A DNA stretch of 64,000 bases from a bacterium. Its GTDB lineage: Bacteria > Patescibacteriota > Minisyncoccia > UBA6257 > GWB1-50-10. Numbering within the stretch: the stretch's first letter is position 1; the number at the start of each line of letters is the position of its first letter. This document shows, piece by piece, positions 1-9,904 of this stretch. The notes beneath the pieces are model-generated. The model was not told where the DNA came from, did no database searches, and worked only from the letters and a program-made list of their open reading frames with translations. Where the stretch lies: the NCBI GenBank assembly GCA_021825465.1, contig JAKAGX010000001.1, positions 5,347-69,346 on the forward strand. The letters run 5' to 3'. The position numbers and the translations under genes were made by a program.

Positions 1-220
1 CTTGACCGAAGAAATACCGGATTTCACCTTCGTCCCCGTCATGTCGGATACGGAAGGGCATATCACCGACCAAACCGTCAGGAAGCACATCGAACATGTC
101 GACGGCCCCGTTTATTACCTTGCAGGACCCCCGGCGATGGTCGCCGCCATGCGGGAAATGCTCGCTGGAATGGGCATTTCCGAAGATGACATTCGATTCG
201 AGGAATTCGCCGGCTACTAG
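1..220 (+). CDS. FAD/NAD(P)-binding oxidoreductase (ferredoxin-NADP reductase family), C-terminal fragment
   Basis: YYLAGPPAMV motif and C-terminal IRFEEFAGY are typical of the FNR-family NAD-binding domain; truncated by the window edge. Confidence 0.8.
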   Translation, partial: LTEEIPDFTFVPVMSDTEGHITDQTVRKHIEHVDGPVYYLAGPPAMVAAMREMLAGMGISEDDIRFEEFAGY

Positions 221-224
221 AGTT

Positions 225-370
225 AACAAAATTTTAATTTCAAAATCTTAAATTCTAAATAAATTCCAATGTTCCAAATTCAAAATACTAAACCCGCGCG
301 TTTCGGTCATTATGATTTTTGATTTCGGTATTGTTTAGGATTTAGTGCTTAGGATTTAGAGTTTCGACTA
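225..370. repeat. AT-rich imperfect palindromic element of degenerate 7-8 nt units
   Basis: A-rich units in the 5' half (aaatctt aaattct aaat aaattcc) and complementary T-rich units in the 3' half (tttagga tttagtg cttagga tttagag); similar element at 63781-63917. Confidence 0.65.
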
Positions 371-375
371 AATTT

Positions 376-1041
376 ATGACTTCAGAGCAACTAAAAATAA
401 GAAAGGTGCGGGCAAAGAAGATTGCTCTCGTCCTCGCAAAGCTTTTCCCGAAAGCCTCGATCGCCCTCACATACCGCACCAACTGGGAACTTTTGGTTGC
501 CGTCGAACTCTCGGCCCAGTGCACGGATAAGAAAGTAAACGAGGTGACAAAGGAGCTCTTCAAAAAATACCGGACGCTCGACGACTACGTACGGGCAAAA
601 CCGAGCGAATTCGAACAAGATATCCGCGCGACCGGCTTTTACCGCAATAAAGCGAGGAACGTCCTCGCAGCGGCGAAGATCGTGAAAGAAAAATTCCACG
701 GGAAGATCCCGCGGACCATGGAAGAAATCCTCACCATTCCCGGCGTCGCGCGGAAGACGGCGAACGTCGTCCTCGGGAACGCGTACGGCGTCGTGGAAGG
801 GATCGCCGTCGACACCCACGTGCGGCGGCTCGCCTTGAAGCTCGGCCTCACCGACCACGACGATCCCGTGAAGATCGAACGGGATCTCATGGAGATCTTC
901 CCGAAGAAAGACTGGTTCAAGCTTACGTACTGGCTCATTGAATACGGACGGCACGTGTGCCCCGCGCGCCCGCACGATTGCGCGAATCATCCGCTGACGA
1001 AGATTTACCCGCCAGCCGCACATATTTGGCCGAAACATTGA
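376..1041 (+). CDS. nth: endonuclease III
   Basis: LSAQCTD..VN, HhH motif IPGVARKTANVVL, AVDTHV, C-terminal GRHVCPARPHDC. Confidence 0.95.
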   Translation: MTSEQLKIRKVRAKKIALVLAKLFPKASIALTYRTNWELLVAVELSAQCTDKKVNEVTKELFKKYRTLDDYVRAKPSEFEQDIRATGFYRNKARNVLAAAKIVKEKFHGKIPRTMEEILTIPGVARKTANVVLGNAYGVVEGIAVDTHVRRLALKLGLTDHDDPVKIERDLMEIFPKKDWFKLTYWLIEYGRHVCPARPHDCANHPLTKIYPPAAHIWPKH

Positions 1042-1046
1042 GCGTC

Positions 1047-1080
1047 GGATGCCTTATCCTGCTCGCAAGCTAAGGCATCC
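1047..1080. terminator. hairpin between convergent genes
   Basis: ggatgcctta...taaggcatcc 10-bp stem between the nth stop and the convergent gene stop. Confidence 0.5.
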
Positions 1081-1098
1081 TCCTCATTGATAGGTAAA

Positions 1099-1671
1099 TC
1101 AGTACGCCTTCTGGGTGATGTTCTCGCATCCCGGAGGGATGATGCACCGCGTTCCGACGTCCGGCCCCGGCATGCAGTTCACCCACTCCGGGCAGCTCGA
1201 AAGCGCTTTCGTACTCGATTCGTCGATGAGCGAAACGACATTCACCGCTCCGCCGCTCTCGATCCCGTCGACCGTCACCCGATCGCCGGCGGCGAGGCTC
1301 GCTTCGACACAAGGAGAAACTTTACCGTTCAACGTGCATGAACTCGAAGCGTCGAACGACAATGCGGCGGCCGCTGCCGGATTCCCCGGCCTTTCATACG
1401 CAAGATACCAAACGCCCGGCGCGAAGCCCGGATTGTCCTTTATTAAATTCCCCATGGCGGAAAATGCGACGGTCGACGTCGCTGCAGGTGCCGCAGGCTC
1501 GCCGCATCCCGATACCGGCATCGGCGCCGATGGATGTCCGTGCTGAACCCACTGACCATTGACGCAAAGCCATGCGTCTTCGCCGCCTCCAATGAGCCTT
1601 CCGACGGCCGCCACGACGGCAACGAGAAACAAAATGCTCCCGAAAAGCAAGACCCCCTTTTTCTTTTGCAT
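1099..1671 (-). CDS. membrane-anchored exported Cys-containing hypothetical protein
   Basis: N-terminal KKK plus hydrophobic helix, EDAWLCVNGQWVQHGHP motif, C-terminal CPEWVNCMP..C..PPGC; TATAGT 6 nt before ATG. Confidence 0.75.
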   Translation of the reverse strand: MQKKKGVLLFGSILFLVAVVAAVGRLIGGGEDAWLCVNGQWVQHGHPSAPMPVSGCGEPAAPAATSTVAFSAMGNLIKDNPGFAPGVWYLAYERPGNPAAAAALSFDASSSCTLNGKVSPCVEASLAAGDRVTVDGIESGGAVNVVSLIDESSTKALSSCPEWVNCMPGPDVGTRCIIPPGCENITQKAY

Positions 1672-1678
1672 ATTTCAA

Positions 1679-3598
1679 CTATACCACAGTCGCCTTGAGC
1701 TTCGTCTTCAAAAAATAGATCTGAAAAACGTTCACGACGGGGAAAAAGTCCGTCACGAAATTGTAGGCAGCGGCGCCCGTCGGACCCAAGACGCCGCCGA
1801 AAACCAAGACCAAGCCGAGCGCGTTCGTGACCCCCCAAATCCAGAAATTGTTGTTGATGATCCGCATCGATTTTTTGCTCAAAAACATGAGCTCGGGGAT
1901 CTTTTTCACGCTGTCGTGCATCAAGGCGATGTCGGCCGCTTCGATCGCCGCATCCGACCCGATCGCGCCCATCGCGATCGATACGTCCGCAAGCGCCAAG
2001 GCCGCCGCGTCGTTCACGCCGTCCCCCATCATGGCGAGATCGCCGGGATATTTTTTCTTGATCTCTTTCAAGATCCGAAGCTTGTCTTCCGGCTTCAAAT
2101 TGGCGTGGTACTCGTCGAGGCCGACTTCATCCGAAACCTTCTTTGCCACGCGCTCGTTGTCGCCTGTCAGCATCACCCAGCGTTCCGCCCCAAGCCTCCT
2201 CGTTTCGGCAACAGCGACGCGCGCAAGCGGTCGAATTTCATCCTCCAAAACCATGAGGCCGATAAGCCGTCCGCCGGAACCGAAGGCCGTCAAGCTGTAT
2301 CCCTTCATTTCCAAATCGTCGATCCTCTTCTTTTCCTCTTCCGTGAACTTTATGCCATTCGATTCCAGAAACGATATCTTCCCGGCGCAGTAGTTTGTGC
2401 CGTCTTTCGTGACGGCAATGCCGTCCCCCGGCGTCTCATGGAACTCGTCGGGGGCCGGAAAAGAGACCTGTTTTTCTTTCAAAAACCGCAGCATCGCGAG
2501 GCTCACCGGATGGCGCGAGTTTGTCTGGCATGTTCCCACGAGCTTCAAAAAATCATTCTCGGAAATATCGCCGAACCGTACGATATCGACGACGTGCGCC
2601 ATGCCTTTCGTGAGCGTGCCCGTTTTATCGGTCACGAAGACCTTCAACCTCTTGATCCGTTCAAAGATCGCAGCTCCCTTCACGATGACGCCTTCTTTGC
2701 CTGCTTTTGCGATCGCGATCGTGAAGCCAAGAGGCACCGCGACCGCAATGTCGTCGGCACACGTCACGAGGAGAACGGAAAGAACGAGATTCAAGTCGCC
2801 GGAAGCAACATACAAAATGAACGAACCTACAAGGGAAAGAATGATGTAATACGTACTGAACCGGTCGGCGATCCGCTCGATCGACGTCTTCGCGCGCGAG
2901 GCCTCATCGACAAGCGCGATCATCTTTGCAAGCGTCGTGTCGGCGCCGACCCTTTCGGCCCGCACAAGAAGCGATCCGGAATCGTTCAAAGTGGAGCTCC
3001 AAACCTTGTCCCCTTCTTTTTTCGTCACGTGTTCGCTCTCTCCCGTCAAGGTCGACTGGTCGATGCTCGCCTGGCCCTGCACCACGATGCCGTCGACCGG
3101 GATCCGTTCGCCCGCTTCGACGACCACAAGGTCGCCGATCTTCACTCGGTCGAGCGGGACATCTTCGAGCTTTTCACCGATCTTTATTTTCACCCGTTCG
3201 GGGCGAAGCTTCATAAGCCGCTCGATGACATGCTTCGTCCGGACTTCCGTGAAATTGTCGAAAAGGCGGGCGGAAGCGAGCATCAAGTTGATAAAGGCGG
3301 CCGAAAGCCACTCGCCCTTGATGAAGGTGAAGGCGAGCGCGATCGAAGCCAAAAGATCTATCGTGATCTTCCGGCGCCAGATCGCCTTTGCTGCGCTCCA
3401 TGCGACCGGCAGAACGCCCGCGATGGAAACGATGACCAAGATGTTGTTTTCAAGGGCCGGAGAAAAGAATTTCAGCCATGCCGAAAGAAGCGCTACAACC
3501 AAAACGGCGATGAGCGCTTCGTTGAAGGCGATGTTCCAGCGAAGATCCCCTTTTTCCTGTTCCTTATTTTTTTCTTTATCTTTTCTTTCCTGCAACAA
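1679..3598 (-). CDS. heavy-metal translocating P1B-type ATPase
   Basis: TGES, DKTGTLT phosphorylation motif, HP, MLTGDN, GDGVNDAAAL; TM metal motif reads TCADD; TTG start. Confidence 0.92.
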   Translation of the reverse strand: MLQERKDKEKNKEQEKGDLRWNIAFNEALIAVLVVALLSAWLKFFSPALENNILVIVSIAGVLPVAWSAAKAIWRRKITIDLLASIALAFTFIKGEWLSAAFINLMLASARLFDNFTEVRTKHVIERLMKLRPERVKIKIGEKLEDVPLDRVKIGDLVVVEAGERIPVDGIVVQGQASIDQSTLTGESEHVTKKEGDKVWSSTLNDSGSLLVRAERVGADTTLAKMIALVDEASRAKTSIERIADRFSTYYIILSLVGSFILYVASGDLNLVLSVLLVTCADDIAVAVPLGFTIAIAKAGKEGVIVKGAAIFERIKRLKVFVTDKTGTLTKGMAHVVDIVRFGDISENDFLKLVGTCQTNSRHPVSLAMLRFLKEKQVSFPAPDEFHETPGDGIAVTKDGTNYCAGKISFLESNGIKFTEEEKKRIDDLEMKGYSLTAFGSGGRLIGLMVLEDEIRPLARVAVAETRRLGAERWVMLTGDNERVAKKVSDEVGLDEYHANLKPEDKLRILKEIKKKYPGDLAMMGDGVNDAAALALADVSIAMGAIGSDAAIEAADIALMHDSVKKIPELMFLSKKSMRIINNNFWIWGVTNALGLVLVFGGVLGPTGAAAYNFVTDFFPVVNVFQIYFLKTKLKATVV

Positions 3599-3670
3599 TC
3601 AAATTCTACCATACCAAAAGGAAAACGGCTGTCATCGCGCGTATGACAGCCGCAGGTTTTGGGGGAAATC

Positions 3671-3958
3671 CTACCCCCCGAGGTTTCCGAGATTCCAGAG
3701 CTCGTCCGAATCCATCGATCCGATTGGAATGCCAACCGGGTAACAATCTCCGACGCCGGCCGTTACAGGGATGGTAACTCCCTTGAAAATGAGAATTTCT
3801 CCCTTCTGGAGCGAGCCATGGTACTTGCTCATGCACACACCGCAAAGAACTCCGATCTTTTCATTGTTCTTCTGAAGAACATACACCGTTTCCCCATTCT
3901 TAACGAGACCACGGTGTGCAACGCAATGCACGAGCGTTTCCATCTCAACTTGATCCAT
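3671..3958 (-). CDS. small hypothetical protein
   Basis: 95 aa ORF with SD-like GAGAGG and its own consensus promoter upstream; contains CVAH and CGVC. Confidence 0.55.
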   Translation of the reverse strand: MDQVEMETLVHCVAHRGLVKNGETVYVLQKNNEKIGVLCGVCMSKYHGSLQKGEILIFKGVTIPVTAGVGDCYPVGIPIGSMDSDELWNLGNLGG

Positions 3959-4029
3959 ATTGATGCCTCTCTTTTTTGAGTGATCAGATAATGGAAGATA
4001 GCAAAAAGAACAAAAACTCTATGGTTTTC

Positions 4030-4058
4030 AATATACCAGAAAATTGACAAAATGTCAA
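4030..4058 (-). promoter_or_regulatory. sigma70-type promoter TTGACA-17-TATATT with overlapping palindrome
   Basis: tgtcaa at 4053-4058, aatata at 4030-4035, 17 bp spacer; inverted repeat attgaca-aaa-tgtcaat at 4043-4059. Confidence 0.65.
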
Positions 4059-4067
4059 TCCTCCAGC

Positions 4068-6467
4068 TTATTTGCTGAGCTTCAAGATTGTTTTCACCAC
4101 CGTGTCAGGATTCAACGAAATGCTCTCGATCCCCTCCTTCATAAGGAACGCGGCGAACTCCGGATAGTCGGACGGCGCTTGGCCGCAAATGCCGATGTAC
4201 TTTCCGCGTTTTTTGCACGTCCGGATGACGCTTCGGATCAAGGTTTTCACCGATTCATCGTTCTCGTTCGTGATGCTCCGGATCCGATCGTTCCCGTCGC
4301 GGTCGATGCCGACCGTGAGCTGCGTCAAATCGTTCGATCCGATCGACATGCCGTCAAAAACGTCGAGGAATTTGTCCGCGAGGACCACGTTCGACGGGAT
4401 CTCGCACATGACGTAGATCCGCAAGGCCTTGTCCTTTTTCCTCGAGAGGCCGTTCTTTTCCATGACCTCCACCACCCTCTTCCCTTCGTCGGCGGTCCGG
4501 CAGAACGGGATCATCGGCACGACGTTCGTGAGCCCCATTTCTTCGCGCACTTTTTTCATCGCCTTCACTTCGAGCGCAAAGGCGGGCGCGAACGCCGGAT
4601 GATAGTACCGCGAAGCGCCGCGCCATCCGATCATCGGATTTTCTTCCTTCGGTTCATACGCATCGCCCCCGAGAAGCGCCCGATATTCATTCGTTTTGAA
4701 ATCGGAAAAGCGGACGATCACATCCAGCGGATGGAACGCCGCGGCGATCTTTGCGATGCCGTAAGCCAATTTATCGACGTAAAATTGCTCTTTATTGTTC
4801 CAACCGCGCGTCTTTTCGTCAATCGCCCGCGCAAGTTTTTTGTTTTTCTTCGCGATCTTTCCGTATTCGATCAAGGCCATCGGATGCACCCCGATGTCCC
4901 CCGCAATGATGAATTCTTCGCGCGCAAGGCCGACGCCCTTCGTCGGCAGGAACGATTTTTCGAACGCCGAATCGGGCGTTGCAATGTTCACCATGATCTT
5001 CACCTTCGGCTTTGGCAATCTCCGAACGTCCCGCTCTTCCACCTTGAATTTCAGCTGGCCCGCAAGAACCAAACCTTCCGTGCCCGTCGTGTCGACGGTT
5101 ATCACATCTCCCGTTTTCAAAACGCGCGTCGCGTTTTCCGTCCCCACGACGCACGGGATGCCGAGTTCGCGCGAAACGATCGCGGCATGGCTCGTTCGTC
5201 CGCCTTTATTCGTCACGATCGCCGAGGCGATCTTCATGATCGGCTCCCAATCCGGATCGGTCATATCGGTCACGAGAACCTCGCCCGCTTTGAAACTTCC
5301 GATGTTTTTCGCGTTCAAAATGATCCGCGCAGTGCCCGTCGCGATCTTCGAGCCGACCGAATACCCTTTCGCGAGCACTTTGCCGTTTCCGATCCGTTCG
5401 TATTCCTTGAGCTTTGAAAAATCACGGCTTGCCTGCACGGTCTCGGGGCGCGATTGGACGATAAAAAGCTCGCCGCTCCGGCCGTCTTTGGCCCATTCCA
5501 TATCCATCGGCGTCCATTTGCGGTCCTTCTTCGAATAATGCTCCTCGATCAAAACGCCCCAGCGGGCGAGTTCCAATACCTCCTTTTCCGAAAGGACGAA
5601 GGTTTCTTTTTCTTTTTCGCTCGTCGGAACGATCTTCGTCGTCTTGATGCCCCGGCCGACCGAATAGATCATCTTCCGGTTTTTCACGCCGAGCTTCCGG
5701 TCGATGATCGCCTTTTTTCCCGTCCGAAGGGACGGTTTGAAAACCAAAAATTCGTCCGGCGTCACCTCCCCTTGCACGATCATTTCCCCAAGCCCCCACG
5801 AGCCGTTGATCAAAACGACATTCTTGAACCCCGACTCGGTATCGATGCTGAACATGACGCCCGAGCAGCCGAGGTCCGACCGCACCATTTTTTGAACGCC
5901 CGCCGAGAGCGCCACTTTCATGTGATCGAATCCTTTGTCCGCCCGGTACGAGATCGCCCGGTCGGTGAAGAGCGATGCAAAATCCGCTTGGACCGCTTCA
6001 AGAAGTTCGTCGACGCCCCGGATATTCAAATATGTTTCATGTTCGCCGGCAAAGCTCGCCCCCGGCAAGTCCTCCGCCGTCGCCGATGACCGAACTGCAA
6101 CATCCGCATTCCGGCCGTATATCTTTTCAAGCTGGATGTAGTTCCGCACGATGATCTGTTTCAGGTCGGCAGGCATTTTCGCCGCCCGGATCACTTTCCG
6201 AATTTCCTCGCCGCGCTTCGCGAGATCTTTCAGGTTTTTCGTATCGAGGCCTTTCAGGGCCTTCTTGATGAACTTGTCGAGGCCGGTCTTCTTCATGAAG
6301 TGGCGGTAGGCCTCCGCTGTAACAACGAAACCATTCGGTACCCGGACCCCCTGCGGTTCGAGATACTTGATCATTTCGCCCAAAGAGGCGTTCTTGCCGC
6401 CGACGAGCGGTACATCTTTGATGGTGATGTCCTTGTACCAGAGGACGAGTTTTTTATTTTTATTCAT
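4068..6467 (-). CDS. ppsA: phosphoenolpyruvate synthase
   Basis: VGGKNASLGEM, VAVRSSATAEDL, GGRTSHAAIVSRELG phospho-His motif, SIGSNDLTQ, GICGQAPSD; start taken at MNKNKK. Confidence 0.96.
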   Translation of the reverse strand: MNKNKKLVLWYKDITIKDVPLVGGKNASLGEMIKYLEPQGVRVPNGFVVTAEAYRHFMKKTGLDKFIKKALKGLDTKNLKDLAKRGEEIRKVIRAAKMPADLKQIIVRNYIQLEKIYGRNADVAVRSSATAEDLPGASFAGEHETYLNIRGVDELLEAVQADFASLFTDRAISYRADKGFDHMKVALSAGVQKMVRSDLGCSGVMFSIDTESGFKNVVLINGSWGLGEMIVQGEVTPDEFLVFKPSLRTGKKAIIDRKLGVKNRKMIYSVGRGIKTTKIVPTSEKEKETFVLSEKEVLELARWGVLIEEHYSKKDRKWTPMDMEWAKDGRSGELFIVQSRPETVQASRDFSKLKEYERIGNGKVLAKGYSVGSKIATGTARIILNAKNIGSFKAGEVLVTDMTDPDWEPIMKIASAIVTNKGGRTSHAAIVSRELGIPCVVGTENATRVLKTGDVITVDTTGTEGLVLAGQLKFKVEERDVRRLPKPKVKIMVNIATPDSAFEKSFLPTKGVGLAREEFIIAGDIGVHPMALIEYGKIAKKNKKLARAIDEKTRGWNNKEQFYVDKLAYGIAKIAAAFHPLDVIVRFSDFKTNEYRALLGGDAYEPKEENPMIGWRGASRYYHPAFAPAFALEVKAMKKVREEMGLTNVVPMIPFCRTADEGKRVVEVMEKNGLSRKKDKALRIYVMCEIPSNVVLADKFLDVFDGMSIGSNDLTQLTVGIDRDGNDRIRSITNENDESVKTLIRSVIRTCKKRGKYIGICGQAPSDYPEFAAFLMKEGIESISLNPDTVVKTILKLSK

Positions 6468-7752
6468 AACGCAATGCAATGACGAGGTCCGATACATTCG
6501 AACCCGTATCTCCCGTCTCGATGGAATCCCCCGCTTTCTCAAAAAACGCCGCCGAGTCGTTGTTCTCCAAAAATTCACCCGCCTCCAAACCGAGCTCTTC
6601 GGCTTTTTCCTTCGTCATTATATCACAGAACGCACCCGCGTATCCCCCTTGGTTGTCGTGCCCGTCCGAATCGAACGAAAGGACGAGTGTTTTTTCCGAA
6701 ATCCCGCCAAGGGCCCCCAAAACAAGTTCCTGATTTCGGCCGCCTCTTCCCGATTTCTTGACGGTCACTGTCGTTTCACCGCCGTAAAGGCGCACCGTTT
6801 TTGGGGGTAACCCCGCGGTATCGCCTGCTATTTTCCGCCCGACATCCCGCGCTTCACCGGAGAGTGTCGCCGTTACAACCTCCGCCTCGAAACCGAGAGT
6901 ATCCGCCTTTTCTTTCATCGCCCCGAGAGCGGTTGCATTAGAGATAAAAAGGATGTTTTTTACTTTCTCGAAATATTTGTCTTCCTTCGGGGTTTTCAAC
7001 GGCTCTATTTTCAAACCGGTGCTCTTCTCGAGATCGTACTTCGCGACGATCGTCTTCGCCTCATCGACCGTCGTCGCGTCTTTCACCGTCGGGCCCGAAG
7101 CAATGAACCCGAGATTGTCCCCCGGCACGTCCGAAAAGATCAAGGCGACGGACGATGCCGGATATGCGTATTCCGCCAAACGGCCGCCGCGCGCCAATGA
7201 CAAATGCTTCCGGAGCGTATTGATCTCCTCAATCGTCGCCCCTTTTTCGAAGAGAACCTTCAATATCTCGGCCTCCTCGGCACATACCATGTTCTGCGGC
7301 TGGCACAGGAGCGTCGAACCGCCGCCGGAAATGACGAAGACAACAAAATCTTTTTCCGTAAGCGACGAAAGCAAGCGGATGATCTCGCTCGTTGCATCGA
7401 CATTCGCTTCCGTCGGGAAAGGATGCGTGCCGGAATATGCCTTGATCTTCTTCAAGACCCCCCGGTGCACATCCAAAACAATGCCGCCGGAGAGCCGATC
7501 GCCGAGGACGTTTTCAAGCGCCCTTCCGGCCTCGAGCGAACATTTGCCAACGCCCACGACGAAAATCCGATCGAAATTCCCGACATCGAACGAACGATCG
7601 TCGATTTTCAACGTATCGTCTTTCAGCGACACCCGCGATTGGATCGCTTGCTCGGTATCGATTGCAAACAATCCCGCCTCGACAATTTCCAAGGCGGCTT
7701 TCCTCGCCGGCGTCACGGCAATCGCATCAAAATTCTTTATTTTCCCTCCCAT
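6460..7752 (-). CDS. glycerate kinase type-2 (MOFRL family)
   Basis: GVGK, HPFP, ISGGGSTL, SDVPGD..IASGPT, GGETTV..GRGGRNQE, TGSNVSD. Confidence 0.92.
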   Translation of the reverse strand: MGGKIKNFDAIAVTPARKAALEIVEAGLFAIDTEQAIQSRVSLKDDTLKIDDRSFDVGNFDRIFVVGVGKCSLEAGRALENVLGDRLSGGIVLDVHRGVLKKIKAYSGTHPFPTEANVDATSEIIRLLSSLTEKDFVVFVISGGGSTLLCQPQNMVCAEEAEILKVLFEKGATIEEINTLRKHLSLARGGRLAEYAYPASSVALIFSDVPGDNLGFIASGPTVKDATTVDEAKTIVAKYDLEKSTGLKIEPLKTPKEDKYFEKVKNILFISNATALGAMKEKADTLGFEAEVVTATLSGEARDVGRKIAGDTAGLPPKTVRLYGGETTVTVKKSGRGGRNQELVLGALGGISEKTLVLSFDSDGHDNQGGYAGAFCDIMTKEKAEELGLEAGEFLENNDSAAFFEKAGDSIETGDTGSNVSDLVIALRYE

Positions 7753-7772
7753 TGCCCACCATTATAGCCCTT

Positions 7773-8159
7773 TCATTCGGGCAACGCACATCCGCTCGCC
7801 GTACTCAAAGTTTCGAGCGTTTGCGTCCCCACAAGACGAGCACCGCTCGGTTCGATCCACGTCGGCACCGCATCAACGCCGTCGGCCGTACATTTCTGCG
7901 CATTTTCCGAGCATTCAATATAGTCCACATATTTGAAGGAGTCGCCGAAAAGCTGTTTTTCGGCCTGACAGTGCGGGCAAGAATAAAGCCCGTACATCAC
8001 GAAACCCTTGTTCGCAAGGCATTTTGCGAACGAATCGAGCGAGGCTGACGAAGATCCGTCTATTTTCGGCCGAAAAGCAAAATATCCGGCCGCACCAGCG
8101 ACAACAACAATCAAAACGACGAGAACAAGCGTATATGATTTTGTTTTATTGAGTTTCAT
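7773..8159 (-). CDS. membrane-anchored thioredoxin/glutaredoxin-like protein
   Basis: N-terminal TM helix, MYG..CPHC active site, YIEC, VPTW cis-Pro motif. Confidence 0.82.
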   Translation of the reverse strand: MKLNKTKSYTLVLVVLIVVVAGAAGYFAFRPKIDGSSSASLDSFAKCLANKGFVMYGLYSCPHCQAEKQLFGDSFKYVDYIECSENAQKCTADGVDAVPTWIEPSGARLVGTQTLETLSTASGCALPE

Positions 8160-8188
8160 ATTTTTCCCTTTCCTATTTTCCGATTTTG

Positions 8189-8259
8189 GGCCCTCGGGAG
8201 CCCTTTGGCTTCCCGAGGGCCAGTGACCATGGAGGCGCTTAAAGCGCCCCCATGGTCAC
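8189..8259. terminator. tandem GC-rich hairpins
   Basis: ggccctcgggag...ttcccgagggcc followed by gtgaccatgg..gcgcttaaagcgc..ccatggtcac. Confidence 0.45.
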
Positions 8260-8765
8260 TCCTCGCAACAGTTGATGAGCTCCGTCATAATGCTCTCGAA
8301 ATCGAGCGGCTTTCCCTCTTCTTTCGCTTTCTTGATGTTCGAAGCATCGACAAGCTTCAAGCGGAGCGCCCAAAAGAGCGAGTAGAGCTTGAAGGCCGAA
8401 TCGTATGCTTGCTTCGCTTCTTCCCGGCGCTCAGAAGCATCGAGCTTGGTTCCCACCTCGATCAAGCGCATCGTGGAAGCCAAAAGGTGCTTTGAAATGC
8501 ACCACGTTTCGCCTTCGTTCACGGGCATCAGTTTCGCAAGCAAGTCCTTCCGGACGCTTCGTACTTCCTCCAAAAGATCAAGATAGCCGTCTTCTTTGGT
8601 CTTTTCGGCCGTGAAGAAGAAATGCTCCTCCAAGCTCACGAGATTCATGACGCCGATCGAAAGATCTTCGTCCGTCGAAAGATCAAGCTTGTGCTCGAGG
8701 TGAGCTTTTTTGATCTTCTCCAAAAGCTCTTCCCATTTTTTTCTTTTTGATTCATCCATGTTCAT
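8256..8765 (-). CDS. conserved hypothetical helical protein
   Basis: 169 aa, NLVSLEEH, WCISKH, C-terminal CCEE; operonic spacing with neighbours. Confidence 0.75.
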   Translation of the reverse strand: MNMDESKRKKWEELLEKIKKAHLEHKLDLSTDEDLSIGVMNLVSLEEHFFFTAEKTKEDGYLDLLEEVRSVRKDLLAKLMPVNEGETWCISKHLLASTMRLIEVGTKLDASERREEAKQAYDSAFKLYSLFWALRLKLVDASNIKKAKEEGKPLDFESIMTELINCCEE

Positions 8766-8767
8766 GT

Positions 8768-9505
8768 TTATGAGAAGAAGATGACAACGGCGGCGAGCGC
8801 GATCATGATCGTTCCCACGACGATCCGCGTCGCGCGGCCGTTTTCCCTTCTTGCTTTGTCGACCTTTTCCAAAACTTCTTTCTTGCTCGCAACGGCCAAA
8901 ACCACCGCGAGCGGCACAATAAAGATCAGGTTATAAAGGATCAAGTATCCAAGGCCCGCAAACTCCGTCGCCCGATCGTGCAAGAGCCCCAGAACGAAAA
9001 GATACGGGCCTCCGACACACGGGAACTCAAAAAGGCCGACCAGAATGCCAAGTACAAAGGATGCGACAAGCGATCCCCTTTCGATAAAACGGGCAAGCGT
9101 CCGATGCGTCGACTCCGGCATCTTGAGGCGGATGGGAAACTTCGGGAACATGCCGTCCGCGATCTCGATCGCACCGAACGCGACGAGGATAACGGCAACG
9201 ATCTTCGACAAGAAATCCGGAATGCCAAAGAGCGTCAAGGCGCCGAGGACGCCGAGTCCTATCAATACATACGTCGAGAATATTCCGAATATGTAAAGAC
9301 CGCCTGCCGCAAGAACATCAACGCGCTCGCGTCCTAAACCGAAGAGAAAAGTGATCGTAAGAAAGAGAACCGAGAAGGCGCACGGATTCAAACTGTCGAC
9401 GAACGCGGAACCCACGAGAAGCGGCACAAAACTGCCCGTCCAAAAGAAAGACCCCACGAGGAGCGCGCACGCAACGACTAAAAACACCAATAACCCTTTT
9501 TTCAT
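8768..9505 (-). CDS. cytochrome c biogenesis CcdA/DsbD-like membrane protein
   Basis: Multi-TM protein with DSLNPCA and FEFPCVGG paired Cys motifs. Confidence 0.85.
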   Translation of the reverse strand: MKKGLLVFLVVACALLVGSFFWTGSFVPLLVGSAFVDSLNPCAFSVLFLTITFLFGLGRERVDVLAAGGLYIFGIFSTYVLIGLGVLGALTLFGIPDFLSKIVAVILVAFGAIEIADGMFPKFPIRLKMPESTHRTLARFIERGSLVASFVLGILVGLFEFPCVGGPYLFVLGLLHDRATEFAGLGYLILYNLIFIVPLAVVLAVASKKEVLEKVDKARRENGRATRIVVGTIMIALAAVVIFFS

Positions 9506-9550
9506 TGAACCCACAAAAAATAAACCGACCTTGAACTACAAGAATCCGAT

Positions 9551-9904
9551 CTATTTTGTGGGGCTCGCTTCGTGAAGCGAAAACCAGAACGTTATTTTTT
9601 TGAAGACGAGATTGGAAAGTTCCTCGATCTCAGCAGTCGTGGAAACCGCCGCCGATCCGTCCCCAACCGGCAATCCGATAATAAGCGCCGTCCCGAACGC
9701 AAGAAGAAGGATGACAATGACCGCAAATGCGGAACCGGCAAGCGTCCCATTCCCCGAAGATGCGGACGACGCAAAAACGCCGTTCGTCAAAGGACAAGCG
9801 AAACCGCAGGAAGAGCTCCCCCCGAGCACCTTAAAATTCAAAAATCCAAAGACCGCCGATCCGAGGAACAGCACCGAAAGGATTATGGCGGCGGTTTTGA
9901 ACAT
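9551..9904 (-). CDS. small membrane hypothetical protein
   Basis: Start taken at MFKTAAII; two hydrophobic segments, CGFAC, C-terminal WFSLHEASP. Confidence 0.55.
   Translation of the reverse strand: MFKTAAIILSVLFLGSAVFGFLNFKVLGGSSSCGFACPLTNGVFASSASSGNGTLAGSAFAVIVILLLAFGTALIIGLPVGDGSAAVSTTAEIEELSNLVFKKITFWFSLHEASPTK

Noticed and set aside
225-370. Possible CRISPR array
   Set aside because: Units are about 7 nt and degenerate, with no 25-45 bp repeats separated by unique spacers and no cas genes.
1559-3646. 695 aa plus-strand ORF and other long antisense ORFs (4044-5417, 36693-38744, 44561-45892, 60370-61836)
   Set aside because: They are shadows of well-supported minus-strand genes, lack recognisable motifs, and are explained by codon bias that avoids antisense stops.
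6468-6578. Extended N-termini in the ORF track (ppsA 6578, HAD 44675, MFS 40585, HTH 40476, tgt 62064)
   Set aside because: They overlap neighbouring genes or elements; downstream starts fit family N-termini and promoter positions better.
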